Origin: Mobula birostris
Lineage: Eukaryota
NCBI RefSeq assembly: GCF_030028105.1
Contig: NC_092401.1
Span: 7,908,984 to 7,972,983 of the forward strand
DNA length: 64,000 nucleotides
Direction: 5' to 3'
Shown: positions 24,046 to 36,430 of the stretch, piece by piece
Numbering within the stretch: the first letter of the stretch is position 1
Layout of the letters: every line of letters begins with the position of its first letter
Position numbers and translations under genes: made by a program
Notes under the pieces: generated by a model
Told to the model about the DNA's origin: nothing
The model's database searches: none
Seen by the model: the letters and a program-made list of their open reading frames with translations, nothing else

Positions 24046-24325
24046 GGAGGCACGGTAACATTGTGGTTAGCACAGCGCTTTACAGGACCAGCAACCCAGG
24101 TTCAGTTCCTGCCACTGTCTGTAAGGAGTTTGCATGATCCCACTGTGACTGTATGGGTTTCCTCTGAGTTCCTCCCACAGTCCAAAGACCTACCAGCTGG
24201 TAGGTTAACTGGTCATTGTAAATTGTCCCGTGATTAGGCTAGGGTTCAATCAGGGGTTGCTAGGTGGCAATAGAACAGAAAGAGCCGGAAAGGACTGTCC
24301 CATGCTGGAACTCAATCAATATATA
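24046..24325 (+). mobile_element. tRNA-derived V-domain SINE inserted in a CR1 fragment
   Basis: Same head, core and tail as the 19277 copy. Confidence 0.85.
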
Positions 24326-24594
24326 AATTTGAGGTGTTGCATTTTGGGAAGTGAAGTTAGTGTAGGACTTTGCACAGTGAACGGCAGAGCCCTGGGGTGT
24401 GTGCAGAACAGAGAGATCGAGTGATCTCAGTTCCCTTAAAGTGCTGTCAGAAGCAGACAGTATGGTGACAATGGCTTTTGGCACACTGACCTTCATCAGT
24501 CAGAGTATTGAGGGTAGCGTCTGTACAGGATGTCAGTGGGGCCACATTTGGAATAGTTTTCCGTTCCACTTGTCCTTTCACTGGAAAGATGTTG

Positions 24595-25520
24595 TCACCC
24601 TCACCCACATCTCCTGCATTTCCCGAACATCCGTGCTCACTCCATCATCCCACCACCTTAACAGTGATCGAGATCCTCTTGTCCTTATCTACAACCCCAT
24701 GAGCCTCTGCATCCAACACATCATTCTCCTCAACGTCCACCATCTCCAAAACGATCTTACCACTAAACATATCGTTACCTCCTCACTCTGCAGAGATCAC
24801 TCCCTCAGTGATTCCCTTCTCCATTTGTCCCTCCCCATTAAACTTCCTCCTGGCACATATCCCAGCAAGTGGCCAAAGTGCTCCACCTGCCCATTCACAT
24901 CCCTGCTCACCTCCATTCAGGGCCACAAACAGTCCTTCCAGGTGAGGCAACACATCCCCTGTGAATCTGCTGGGTTGTCTATTCTGTCCAGGGCTCCCAA
25001 TGTGACCTCTCCTACACTGATGAGCTCCATCGTTCATTGGGGGACAGCTTTGTCGAGCGCCTCCGCTCCATCTGCCAAGACCTTTTAATTCTGATTCCCA
25101 TTCATGTCCATCCATGGTCTCCATTGTTCCAAGATGAGGCCACCCTCAAAGTGAAGGAGCATCAGCTGGGTAGCCATTCCTCCTGGGTAGCCTCCAACCT
25201 GATGGCATGAATCTTGATTTCTCCTTCCGGTTCAAAAAAATTCCCTCCCACTTTCCTCTTTTGCTATTCCCTCCTGAGAGCAGTTACCTCTTCTCACTTG
25301 CCTATCAGCTCCCCCTGGGTCTCCTCCTCGTTCCCTTTCTACTGTGGTCCACTGTCTTCTATCAGATTCCTTCCTCCCCAGTCCTTCATCTTTCCCATCC
25401 ACTTAGAATCACCTTTCACCATCCCTATTATCCCTCCCCTCCACCCACCTTTTTAGTCTGGTTTCTTCCCCTTCCTCTCCAGTCCTGAAGAAGGGTGTCA
25501 GCCCGAAACGTAGACTGGTA
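24595..25520 (+). mobile_element. Penelope-like element, 5'-truncated, with GIY-YIG endonuclease remnant
   Basis: ORF 24399-25088 segment PLVLIYNP...PGTYP...CSTCPF...FQVRQHIPCES, followed by 3' repeat with hammerhead. Confidence 0.85.
25479..25518 (+). ncRNA. Minimal type-I hammerhead ribozyme motif (Penelope-associated)
   Basis: Stem I CCAGUC/GACUGG; CUGAAGA; extra A; stem II GGGU-GUCA-GCCC; GAAA; palindromic ACGU; GUA cleavage triplet. Confidence 0.7.
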
Positions 25521-25773
25521 TGAACAGTGAAGAGGCCAGTTACAAAGCAACACTGTTTGAGGCAGAGATCTCAAAGCAAAACACTGCAGATGCTGAAAAT
25601 CTGAAATAAGTACACTAGAATGGGAATACTTAGAAGTAAACAGGGTTAACCTTCCAGACCTTTCATTTGATCCAACTTGAAGCTCTGTTTCTCTGTTCCA
25701 AGATGCTGTTGGACCTGCTGAGTATCCCAACATTTTCTGTCTTCATTACTCTTAAAAGGTAGTTTGCCCATTT

Positions 25774-26011
25774 CAACACACACAAAATGCAGGAGGAACT
25801 CAGCAGGCCAGGCAGAATCTGTGGAAAAGAGTAAACAGTCGATGTTTCGGACTGACACCCTTCAGCAGGACTCACGAAGGGACCTGGTGAAGAGTCTCAG
25901 CCTGAAACATCGACTGTTTATTCTTTTCCACAAATGTTGCCTGGCCTTCTGAGTTCCTCCAGCATTTTGTGTGTGTTGCTTTGGATTTCCAACATCTACA
26001 GACTTTCTCAT
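25774..26011. mobile_element. Short Penelope-derived inverted-dimer (hairpin) insertion
   Basis: 96-bp inverted arms at 25774-25869 and 25883-25978; perfect 12-bp TSD GTTTGCCCATTT at 25762-25773 and 26012-26023. Confidence 0.85.
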
Positions 26012-26414
26012 GTTTGCCCATTTGCTTCTTTGCTGTTGGTGTGCAGAGGAATAGGGAAAAATAATGAATAACAGGACGTCAATCTCAGGAGTCAGACAGC
26101 TCAGTTTAACACCGCATCTGACAGCTGGTATGTCTGAGACTGCTTTCTCAGTACTGCACAGGACACTAGCCTAGTTTTAATGCCCAAGATACTCGAGAGG
26201 GATTGAACCGCCAATCTCCCGACTCGAGGCAGGAGTACCATCCGACGAGCAACACACGGTCTGATGTAGAGAGAGATTGTACACCTTTGTTTATCCTGGG
26301 CATGTCATAACTCTCAGCATTTACTGGTGATCACTCAGGGATGATACCTCAGCTCTGAAATGGTTTATTATTTATTTTCTTATCCATGCACACCGACCAA
26401 GGTAACTTACTGAC

Positions 26415-26696
26415 CTTCCATCTTGATTTCCACTTGCTCCTCATCCGTTCCAAATTTATTGCTGGCTCTACACTTGTAAATTCCTTTATGTTCTGATGTT
26501 GCCTGGGAAATGTGGAGAACCCCAGGAAGGTCGGTTTCCCCTGCGACTCCCTGACCGGGTCTTTCCCACGTCAGTGTTACTTGGGGGTTTCCACTGGAGT
26601 GACAAGTGACTGTAACTTCATCATCTACTCTGATGAAGACTGAAAACCTGGACACGGTTTTGTTATTTACTGATATAGTTGTGTTTCGTGGTTTAT
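26415..26696 (-). CDS. ICAM-family gene, exon for Ig domain 6
   Basis: ctcttttccAG|AT AAA CCA CGA...ATG GAA G|GTCAGT; 282 bp, phase 1-1. VTCHSSGNPQVTLTW...HKGIYKCRASNKFG. Confidence 0.92.
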
Positions 26697-26719
26697 CTGG
26701 AAAAGAGTGAAAGGAGTGA

Positions 26720-27240
26720 AATTAACCAGCCCCTCCCATAGGACATAGAACAGTACAGCACAGGGTGGGCTCTTTGTCCCATGATGTTGTACCGACCTTT
26801 ATAAACCTATTCCATCGACAACCCAACCCCTCCCTCCTACACAGCCCATCGTCCTCCATTCTTCTTTCATTCACGTGCCTATCTAAGTCTCTTAAATGTC
26901 CCTTATGTATCCGGCTCAACACCCTCCCCTGACAGTGCAGTCCAGACACTTCCTACTGACTATGTAAAAACTTGCCTCTGAATCCGTGGCTCACCATAAA
27001 AGGATGTCCTCTGCTACAGCCATTACCTGCCGGGGAATTAGGCGCTGGCTGTCCACTCTTCCTACGCCTCTTACAATCTTACACAATCATCCTCCTTGGC
27101 TCCAAAGAGCTCACTCAACCTTTCCACAGAAGACAGGCTCTCTAATCCAGGCAGCATCCTGGTGAATCTCCTCTGCACCATCTCTAAAGCTTCTTCATCT
27201 TTCCTATAATGAGGCGACTGGACATCACTACACTGTGACT
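26720..27240 (-). mobile_element. CR1 LINE 3' fragment
   Basis: KDEEALEMVQRRFTRMLPGLE in ORF 27071-27556. Confidence 0.75.
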
Positions 27241-27879
27241 CCAAAAGGCTGGAAAATCGAATTTGACTGTATGCTGAGCTCACTTCAGAGCAGCTGTGGT
27301 CAAAGTCCCGAGAGGCTTCAATCCAGAGTTCACTCTCAGTAAACAAACCATCTCTCTCTGCAATGAGCCCAGAACTCTCGTTGTCGTCAGGCTGAGAAAC
27401 AACAGATTCTTTCGAGCCGCATGAGCTCCTTTTAACCAGAAGCATTTTAAGAGAGCCTTGTGCAGGGAGCAGTCCCACTGTCTGCTTCTCTGGTAGGGGG
27501 TGGGGGTGTGATTCACCACCAGGCCACAGTTTTCTCCAGGAAACACCAACCCTCATTCATGCCACGAGGTGAAGTATCTCAGCACTAACTCACTGTGTCC
27601 ACTGTGGCTCATGGGAGCACCACCAGTCTTGTTTCAAACCGTTCTGGATTGAAGTTGTACGCCAGAGACTGGAGCACAATATCGAGGCCGGAGTGGTGGT
27701 GAACCTATGGCATGTGTGCCCAGGATGGCACAGGCAGAAACTTTGTTGGCATGCAGCAATGCCCCTTGATTCTTCTGATTTTTTTCATTTATTTCAATGT
27801 CTCTGTTATACTTTTATTAATAGTAACTTAATGAATGCACAAATTGTTACTTATGTGTAAGTAACAATTACACATTGTA

Positions 27880-28270
27880 ATAGAGTCATAGAAAAGTACA
27901 GCTCAGGAACAGGCCCTTCGGTCCATCTAGTCCATGCCAAAACTTTGTAAACAGCCTTCTCCCATCGACCTGCACCGGGACCATAGCCCTCCATATCCCT
28001 ACCATCCATGAACTGATCCAAACTTTGCATAAATGTTGAAACTGCCACTTGCAATTGGCAGCTCATTCCACACTGTCACACCTCTGAGTGAAGAAGACTC
28101 CTCTCATGTTCTCCTTAAACTTCATACCTTTCACCCCTACCTCATGGCCTCTGGTTGTAGACCACCCAACCTCAGTTGAAAAAGCCTGCTTTTATTTACC
28201 CTACCGATACCCCTCATAATTTTGTATACCTCTGTACTATCTCTTCTCAATCTTCTACATTCTAAGGAAT
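27880..28270 (-). mobile_element. CR1 LINE 3' fragment
   Basis: CR1 tail agagtcatagaaaagtacagc...ggcccttcgg and antisense RT end. Confidence 0.7.
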
Positions 28271-28717
28271 AAGCTCCTAGTAATAAGTAAAGGTATTTAC
28301 TATAAACACTATGAATAAAGGCTTTTCCTTCAAAGAGTTCATATCTAATTTAATTGATTTGGAAATCAAAATCTATTAATCCCATCAAGTCACTGAACTG
28401 TAAACATTTAAACCATTTTTGATAATGTTGTTCACATTGTAAATCCATGCTGTATTTCAATATTTATGCACATTTTATTCCACATTCATGATTTAAACTT
28501 TAAGTGTTGAATGTTGTTTCATTTCCTTTTTAACTAAGACATTAAGCTGAAGTTCCATTTTGTAGAGTTGCCATTCTGAAGAGGAACAGAATTCACCCTT
28601 GTGCCCTGGGCATATTTTGTTTCTGTTTTTGATGATATTGTACAGACAGGGAATAAAGCAACTTATTCTGCTCCCATGTCTTATGGTCTATTCCACAAAG
28701 GAACCTCCTATACTTAC

Positions 28718-28963
28718 ACAAAATCTCTGCATGGTGAGAGGAGTTGGTGGAACCAATATCATTGCTGACTCTGCACATGTACTGACCACTGTCTCCCAGT
28801 TGGACTGAGGGGATGTGCAGTGTCTCACCACTACTGATCGTTTTTCCATCTTTGATCCAGCGCACCTCCGGAACTGGGTTGGCATCTGCGCGACAGGTTA
28901 AATTCTGGGATTTCCCTTCAATCCAGTCCTGCTTTTCAGAGATCTGTGCTTTCCTTGGAGAAT
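28718..28963 (-). CDS. ICAM-family gene, exon for Ig domain 5
   Basis: aactttacAG|AT TCT CCA AGG...ATT TTG T|GTAAGT; 246 bp, phase 1-1. WIEGKSQNLTCRADANPVPEVRWIKDG...DSGQYMCRVSN. Confidence 0.92.
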
Positions 28964-29119
28964 CTGTAAAGTTGGTTGGAAATAGAAATTAAAAGCTGAA
29001 AGTTAAGAGCACAGGATCGTTTCTTGGTGATTTTTGGTGCTGACCAAGTTCCACTTCTCAGAGTAGAGAGACTTTTACTTTAATAGCCTGTGCTACCACC
29101 AAGCACAGCAAGTCAAATG

Positions 29120-29495
29120 CACTCAGTGGCCACTTTATTAGGTATACCTGAAGACCCCAGTTTGGTCTTCTGCTGCTGTAGCCCGTCCTCTTCACATTTC
29201 AACATGCTATGCATTCAGAGATGCTCTTCTGCACACCACTGTTGTAACACATGGTCATTTGAGTTCCTGTCACTTTCCTGTCAGTTTGAACCAGTCTGGG
29301 ACTCTCCTCTGAACTCTCCTGTTAACAAGGTGTTTTTGTCCACAGAATCACCGCCCACTGGATAGCTTTTGTTTTTTTGCACCATTCTCTGCAACTCTTG
29401 TTGTGCATGAAAATCTCAGGAGGTTGGCAGCTTGAGATACTCAAACCACCCTGTCTGGCACCAACAAGCATTCCACAGTCAAAGTCACTTAGATG
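29120..29495. mobile_element. Tc1-like DNA transposon fragment
   Basis: cactcagtggccactttattaggta terminus plus degenerate internal sequence; by resemblance. Confidence 0.5.
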
Positions 29496-29689
29496 CTAAT
29501 GTTTGATTGAAATGTGAATAAACTTTCCTATCCATGGACCTGTCCAAGTGCTTTTAAGACCATTTTGAGAGGATTAACATATAAAAGCAAAGAGGTAATG
29601 TTAAGGGTTTATAAAGCACTGGTGAGGCCTCACTTGGAGTATTGTGAGCAGTTTTAGGCCCCTCATCTGAGAAAGGATGTGCTGAAACA

Positions 29690-30840
29690 TAGAATAGAAA
29701 TATAGAAAACGTACAGCACAATACAGGCCCTTCGACTGACAAAGCTGTGCCAAATATGTCCCTACCTTAGAACTACCGAGGCTTACCCATAGCCTTCTAT
29801 TTTTCTAAGCTCCATGTATCCATCCAGGAGTCTCTTAAAAGACCCTATCGTTTCCGCCTCCACCACCACCAGCGGCAGCCCATTCCACGCCCTCACCACT
29901 CTCTGTGTAAAAAAACTTACCACTGACATCTCCTCTGTACCTACTTCCAAGCACCTTAAGACTATGCCCTCTCATGCTGGCCATTTCAGCCCTAGGAAAA
30001 AGCCTCTGACTATCCACACGATCAATGCCTCTCATTATATTGTACACCGCTATCAGGTCACTTCTCATCCTCCGTCGCTCCAAGGAGAAAAGGCCAAGTT
30101 CATTCAACCAGATGTTCCTCAATCCAGGCAACATTCTTGTAAATCTTCTGTGCACCCTTTATAGGGTTTCCATGTCTTTCATATAGTGAGGCGACCAGAA
30201 CTGAGCGCAGCACTCCAAGTGTGGTCTGACCAGGGTCTGATATAGCTGCAACATTACCTCTCGGCTCTTAAACTCAATCCCACGATTGATGAAGGCCAAT
30301 ACACCACATGCCTTCCTAACCACAGAGTCAACCTGTGTAGCAGTTTTGAGTGTCCTATGGACTCGAACCCCAAGATCCCTCTGATCCCCCACACTGCCAA
30401 GTGTCTTACCACTAATACTATATTCTACCATCATATTTGACCTACCAAAATGAACCACCTGATACTTATCTGGGTTGAACTCCATCTGCCACTTCTCAGC
30501 CCAGCCTTGCATCCTATCAGTGTCCCGCTGTAACCTCTGACAGCCCTCCGCATTATCTACAATATCCCCAACCTTTGCATCATCAGCAAATTTACTAACT
30601 TATCCCTCCACTTCCTCATCCAGGTCATTTATAAAAATCACAAAGAGTAGGGGTCCCAGAACAGATCCCTGAGGTACACCACTGGTCACCGGCCTCCATG
30701 CAGAATATAACCCGTCTACAACCACTCTTTGCCTTCTGTGGGCAAGACAGTTCTGGATCCACAAAGCAATGTCCCCTTGGATCCCATGCCTCCTTACTTT
30801 CTCAATAAGCCTTGCATGGGGTGCCTTATCAAACGCCTTG
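29690..30840 (-). mobile_element. CR1 LINE RT to 3' end
   Basis: ORFs 29835-30155, 30159-30512, 30600-30926 ([18 protein letters not shown]). Confidence 0.9.
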
Positions 30841-30847
30841 CCTCCTA

Positions 30848-31463
30848 CAAGGGGTGATTGATAAGTTTGTGGCCTAAGGTAGAAAGAGTCAATTTTAGAA
30901 AACCTAGCACATTTATTTTTCAACATAGTCCCCTCCTACATTTACACACTTAGTCCAACAGTCGTGGAGCATACGGATCCCTTCTTTGTAGAAGTGGTCC
31001 ACAGCAGGGGTGATTGATAAGTTTGTGGCCTAATGTAGAAGGAGATATTAACTTCAAACTTTCTGCATTATCACTCAAAGAGTTGAACTGCATGTGCATG
31101 TAACAAGAGCGACTTGGACCTCCAGGCAGTCCACAGCAGGGGTGATTGATAAGTTCGTGGCCCAATGTAGAAGGAGATGAGTTACTCAGCTCTCGTTACA
31201 TGCACGTGCAGGTCAACTCTGAGTGAAAATGCAGCAAGTTTGAAGTTAATAACTCATCTCTTCCTACTTTAGGCCACAAACTTATCAATCACCCCTGCTG
31301 TGGACCACTTCTGGAGGTCCAAGATGCCGACCTCTACAGAGAAGGGATCTGTATGCTCCACGACCGCTGGATTAAGTGTGTAAATGTAAGAAAAATAAAT
31401 GTGCTAGGATTTCTGAAATTGACTCCTTCTACCTTCGGCCACGAACTTATCAATCACCCCTCG
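30848..31463. mobile_element. Mariner-derived MITE with five TIR copies
   Basis: Flanked by TA...TA; aggggtgattgataagtt(t/c)gtggcc at 30850, 31006, 31138 (+) and 31271, 31436 (-); mariner C-terminal remnant EGICMLHDRWIKCVNV. Confidence 0.85.
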
Positions 31464-31469
31464 TATATT

Positions 31470-31960
31470 GAAACTGGAGAAGGCTCAGAGGAGGTTCATG
31501 AAAATGATTCCTTCATTGAAAGGCTTGTCACATGAGGAGCGTTTGACGGCCCTGGGCCTGTACTCACTGGAATTCAAAAGAATGAGGGGAATCTCACTGA
31601 AACCCATCAAGTGTTGAAAGGCCTCGATAGAGTGGATCTGGTGAGGAGAGTGGCAGAGTATAAGGCCAAAGGACAGTGCCACGGAATAGAGGGGCGTTCT
31701 TTTACAATGCAGATGTAGAATTTCTTCAGCCAGAGAGTGGTGAATCTGTGTAACTTGTTGCCATAGGAAACTATGGAGGCCAAGTCATTGGGTATACTTA
31801 AGGTGGAGGTTGATAGATTCTCGATTGTTCGGGGCATGAAAGGATGCAGGGAGAAAGCAGGAGATTGGGACGGACAGGGAGAATGGATCAGTCTTGATGA
31901 AATGACAGAGCAAAATCAATGGGCCAAATGGCCTAATTCTGCTCCTAAATCTTATGGTTT
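31470..31960 (+). mobile_element. CR1 LINE 3' fragment
   Basis: gagggggaatctcactgaaac...cagagagtggtgaatctgtg...tggcctaattctgctcc. Confidence 0.8.
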
Positions 31961-34900
31961 TTTAAATGTTACTAACATAGTTATCGAAGCTCTGTGATAT
32001 ATCAACTCTTTTTCAGCTTTATGTCTTTTATAATGTGTTTTTGCACATTCTTTCTTTTTGCTGTATAAGTGATTTAATTTTGAAGCTTGATACCCTTGTT
32101 GCCACTGTGCAATTTAAATTTGGCCCAATTTCTAAGTTTTTCTATGTGAGGGGGTTGATGTTCTCGCAGTTCAGTGATTTGTTTTTCTGCATGGGGAAAG
32201 GGAGGATTTAATGCTCTTGTTGCCATTACCAGTGAAATTTGAGGTGATTTGTAAGTTTTTTTGTGTGGGGTAGGGTCATGAATGGCTTCCATATTTTTCT
32301 TTGTTCCCTGGCTATCTGGAGAAGATCAATCTCAGAGTTATATAGTGCATACATACTGTGACAATAAATGAACCTTTGAAACTTTTTCACCTGGTAGCTC
32401 ATTCCATATACCCTCTCGATAAAAAAGTCACCCCTCAGGTTCCTGTTGCATCTACCCCCTCAGCTTAAACCAATGCCTGCAAGTTCTAGGTTCCCAACCT
32501 GGGATAAGCATCACAATCAATACCAGTACAGTTTACCAGTGGCTGCGTTATCCCTAATGGAGTTACTTTGTCATCTACTGAGTCATTTGCTAAGGGTTAA
32601 CAGCAGAAAGCTTCATGCCTGTAGTTGGCACTGATTCACATTTAGAACAGAGAAAGATGTGCATTACAGCATTAATGCCTGCTGAGCATTGGTAACATCC
32701 TGCTTTTGAGGAGAGCTGAGGAAGTCTGCAGTTCATAGTAATCCCACAAGGTGGCAGTGCATCATACATTTTGATATTGAGCCTCAACTCCTTTAAACCT
32801 CCCTACACTGAGCCCATTCATTCCCTGAGATCCTCAAAGGAGAGAAAATGAGCATTGTTATTTCAATATTGGTGAAAATTGTATAATTCCAATACTCCGA
32901 CCTTAGATATAGCAACAGAAAGGAAAGGTGAGAAGTTACAGATCAGAATCAATATCACCAGCAATGATGATTTGTTAAATATAAAGAAAGAAAGCTGAAT
33001 TAGACCAAGAATAAATATATGTCTATTAAATAGTTAAATAAAAATAAGTAGTGTAGAACAAAAAGTAGTGAGGTAGTGTTCACGGGTTCAATGTCATTTA
33101 GAAATCAGATACCACCTTCTAGAAGTTTTGGGCAGGTATCAGAACCCATCCTGCACTTGATTCAGGATCTCTTATTCCCCCAAACCTCTCCCCACTCCAT
33201 GCTCTCTGGAACACCTGGCATTAACCAACCTGAAGTCCCCAGAAGTGCCTGACGAAGAGTCATCGATCTGAAATGTTAACTTTGCCGGACTTGTGTGTTG
33301 CCAACATTATGTGTGTTTTGTTTCTGAAGTGTCACTGCCTCCCGAACTCTTCATTTGCTCCTTGAAAAGTCCTGTTGAACTGAGTCACAGGGACATGATG
33401 GACAGCCTCGGACTGTATTATCTGATTGATCCTGTTCTGTGGATTTGCTGAGGATGCCCAGAGGAAATTGAATCTCAGTGTTGTATGTGGTGATATGTAT
33501 AAACTGATAATAAATTTACTCTGAACTTTCAACACGGGGGCACATGTCTGAGATGAGTGGGAAAATGAGATGAGTTTCTCTAGTTTGTGACAAGTTACAA
33601 AACCAGTTGTCACAGAATAGGGGAACTTCGGGTTCAGAAGGGAACGTACAAAGGACAGAGTTATGTTGACCTTTGTTAACAGGCTGGCCAGGTGACAGGA
33701 AACCTCGAGACAAAATGCTTCAGTCAGGTTACAGTATCACAATGTGGAAAGCTGACCAGGTATGCTCCATCCACAAAGAGCAGAACAAAGCCAACACAAT
33801 CATTTGGTGTTTGCTCCCTGACGTGGGAATACTGTATATTCCAGTTGTTCACCGGTTACTGAGTTACCAAAAGCTTTGCACAATTATCTTCACCAGACCG
33901 ACGCCATTAGTTCATGAGGGAAACTTAGCAGCGCCGTAAGGGAAATCAGAAACAGGTAACAGATGTTGGCCATGTCAGTGTTGCCTGGCTCCAAAGAAAC
34001 GAATCGGCAAAACAAAAAATACAAGATTTTGATTGGGAAGGGTGAGAGGGGAGGGGGGTAGGTCAGGAAATGGAGTCATTGGAGGTGGGGGTCATAGAGG
34101 GGGCACGGGAGCTGGGAGGCAGAGAGGGCACAGGGAGGCAGAGAGGGGTTGCGGGAGGGAATTCAGAGAGGGGTCAAGAGAAGGGGGTCAGAGAAGGCAT
34201 GGGGAGTCAGAGGGGCCACAGAATGAACTCGGGCCTCACGCCGCGGGGTCACTTGCTTTTCCGCTGCTGGGGGGGTGAGGCGTCCAAGCCGTCATGCTCT
34301 ACCGCGAGCAGCACAGCGCTGTTGTGGTTGACTGAAGATTCCATTTGAACTGAGGGGTCTGGACTATATGCATATAGATTTGTCTTCTTGTGTCTTTATT
34401 ATTTTTCGATATATTCCTCTATTTGTGAGGACTGGGCCTCTACGCCATGTATCGCCGAGCGGCCGTGGGCATCAGGGCCAGTCGAGAGATGATCACAGTG
34501 ACTGGGGATCTGGACTATACAAGTGCATAATCTGTGTCATTGCAATTTACTGATATTCTGTATGGGTTTGTTGATTTGTACATGTAGGAACTGGGCATCA
34601 AACGGCGGTGATTCCGGCTGGGGAGGATGTGTGGGAGGCAAACCTAGACTCTTTTATTCCGTGAATGTGTTCTTGTGTGTGACTGTTGGTTATGTGTTTT
34701 AGCACCTTGACCCCATTAGTAACGCTCTCTCGTTTGGCTGTATTCATCTGTGTTTGAATGACAATTAAACTTGAACTGAATTGAAGATGATTTGACTTGG
34801 TTCGGGTTTAGACAGAGCAAATAGTGATCAGGTGACCCTGTCAGTGGATAGTCGGAAGTCCCTCGAGTCAGAGTCCCAGGCAACCGTGGGGAGTTGAGCA

Positions 34901-35826
34901 AAACCCGTTCATGTGGAGTGTGTTTGTGAGGTGGAGCTCTCTTCCTGAAGGCTGAGGGAGCAGAATCAATCAGGCTGAAGGATGGGCTCAAGGGAAAGTA
35001 GGCTGGAAGGCTAATGGGGCTAAATGGATTAATTTGAAAAGAGCAGGGAAGGTCTTGATGGGCAGAATGGCCTCTGTTGTAATGATTCAAGGATATAATT
35101 TTATTTTATTTAGAAATATAGTATGGTTACAGGCCATTCGGGGTCTACGAGCCTGCACCACCCAACTACTCACATGTGACTACGTATCTATGTCTATGAA
35201 GGTGACTCTTTGGCAGTCCCTGCCTGTTCAATACTTGTTCCACTACACTCGCCAGGGTGGTTCCATTCATTGTATGAGCCCCACCCTCAAATGGATCAGG
35301 ATTGAACACCATTGACCAGCCCTCGGCCCACTCTCTTAGATAACCAGGATGTCCCTGTAAGTTACTGATAATTCTTTACTGCCTACAATACCATTGGTAC
35401 CATCTGCAAACTCACACCTTCACAGCAAAATTGTTTTTACTGTATAAATAACGAACAAAGATGTCAGTAGCAGTCGTTGTAGGATACCATTAACCAAAGG
35501 CCTTCAGCCCAAGAAACAGATTTCCACCATTCCCCTCTGCTTCCGACTGGCAAACCACTTGTGAATCCAGTTAACCATCTCTGCCCTGTCCCTCCTGACC
35601 ACCATCCTCATGGTCTCCTCTTCGAAAAACTCTAACCAATCTTTCAGTCAAGGTTTACCACATACAGAGCCATGCTGATTCTCCCAAAGCATAACTTGTC
35701 CATCCAAATCCCAGATTCCCATCCCGACACTGATGTCGGATGTGTTCCCTTATTATTTGTCATATTAACCCAAATCGTATGAATTGCTTTAATATTTCCT
35801 TCTAATTAACCTGAACTAATTTAATA

Positions 35827-36430
35827 CAGAAATCCCCCGCTTTTTGAATGTTCGCTTTACGATACCTTGCTGTTACGAAAGACCTACATGAGTTACCTGT
35901 TTTTGCTAACAGAAGGTGTTTTCACTATTACAAAAAAAGGCAGCACGCGAAAAAGCAGCCGCTCTCCCCCAGATTAGGAATGGCATTCTAGCTGGCATTG
36001 CTTAAACACATGCCTGTGAGCATCCGTTTGCAAGATGCGTTCTAAGGTATCACAGAAGTCTAAAAGAGCTTGTAAGGGTGTTACACTTAGCGTAAAACTA
36101 GGCATAATTAAGCGTGTCGATCGTGGTGAACGAAGCAAGGACAAAGTGAGTTTGGCTTATGGAAGTTGACGAAGATGATGTTGAAGAGGTTTTGGCATCC
36201 CATGACCAAGAACTGATAGATGAAGAGCTGAAGTAATTGGAAGAGGAAAGGATAACAAACGAAACTGAATGCAGTAGTGTACGGACTGAAAGTGAAGTCA
36301 TCCAGGAACTGAACGTGAAACAACTGCGTGAGATTTTCACAGCAATAATTGCAGAAAAGTACAACTTTAATTTTGAAAGGGTACGTTGGTTTAGGGCATA
36401 TTTGCAAGTTGGTTTGAGTCCTTACAAAGA
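35827..36430 (+). mobile_element. Tigger/pogo-type internally deleted DNA transposon
   Basis: TA|cagaaatcccc start; N-terminal remnant fused to acidic C-terminal EVDEDDVEEVLASHDQEL. Confidence 0.7.

Noticed and set aside
24399-25088. Longest ORF (229 aa) as a host gene
   Set aside because: It is a chance fusion of a CR1 fragment and a Penelope GIY-YIG remnant, frameshifted at the nuclease motif.
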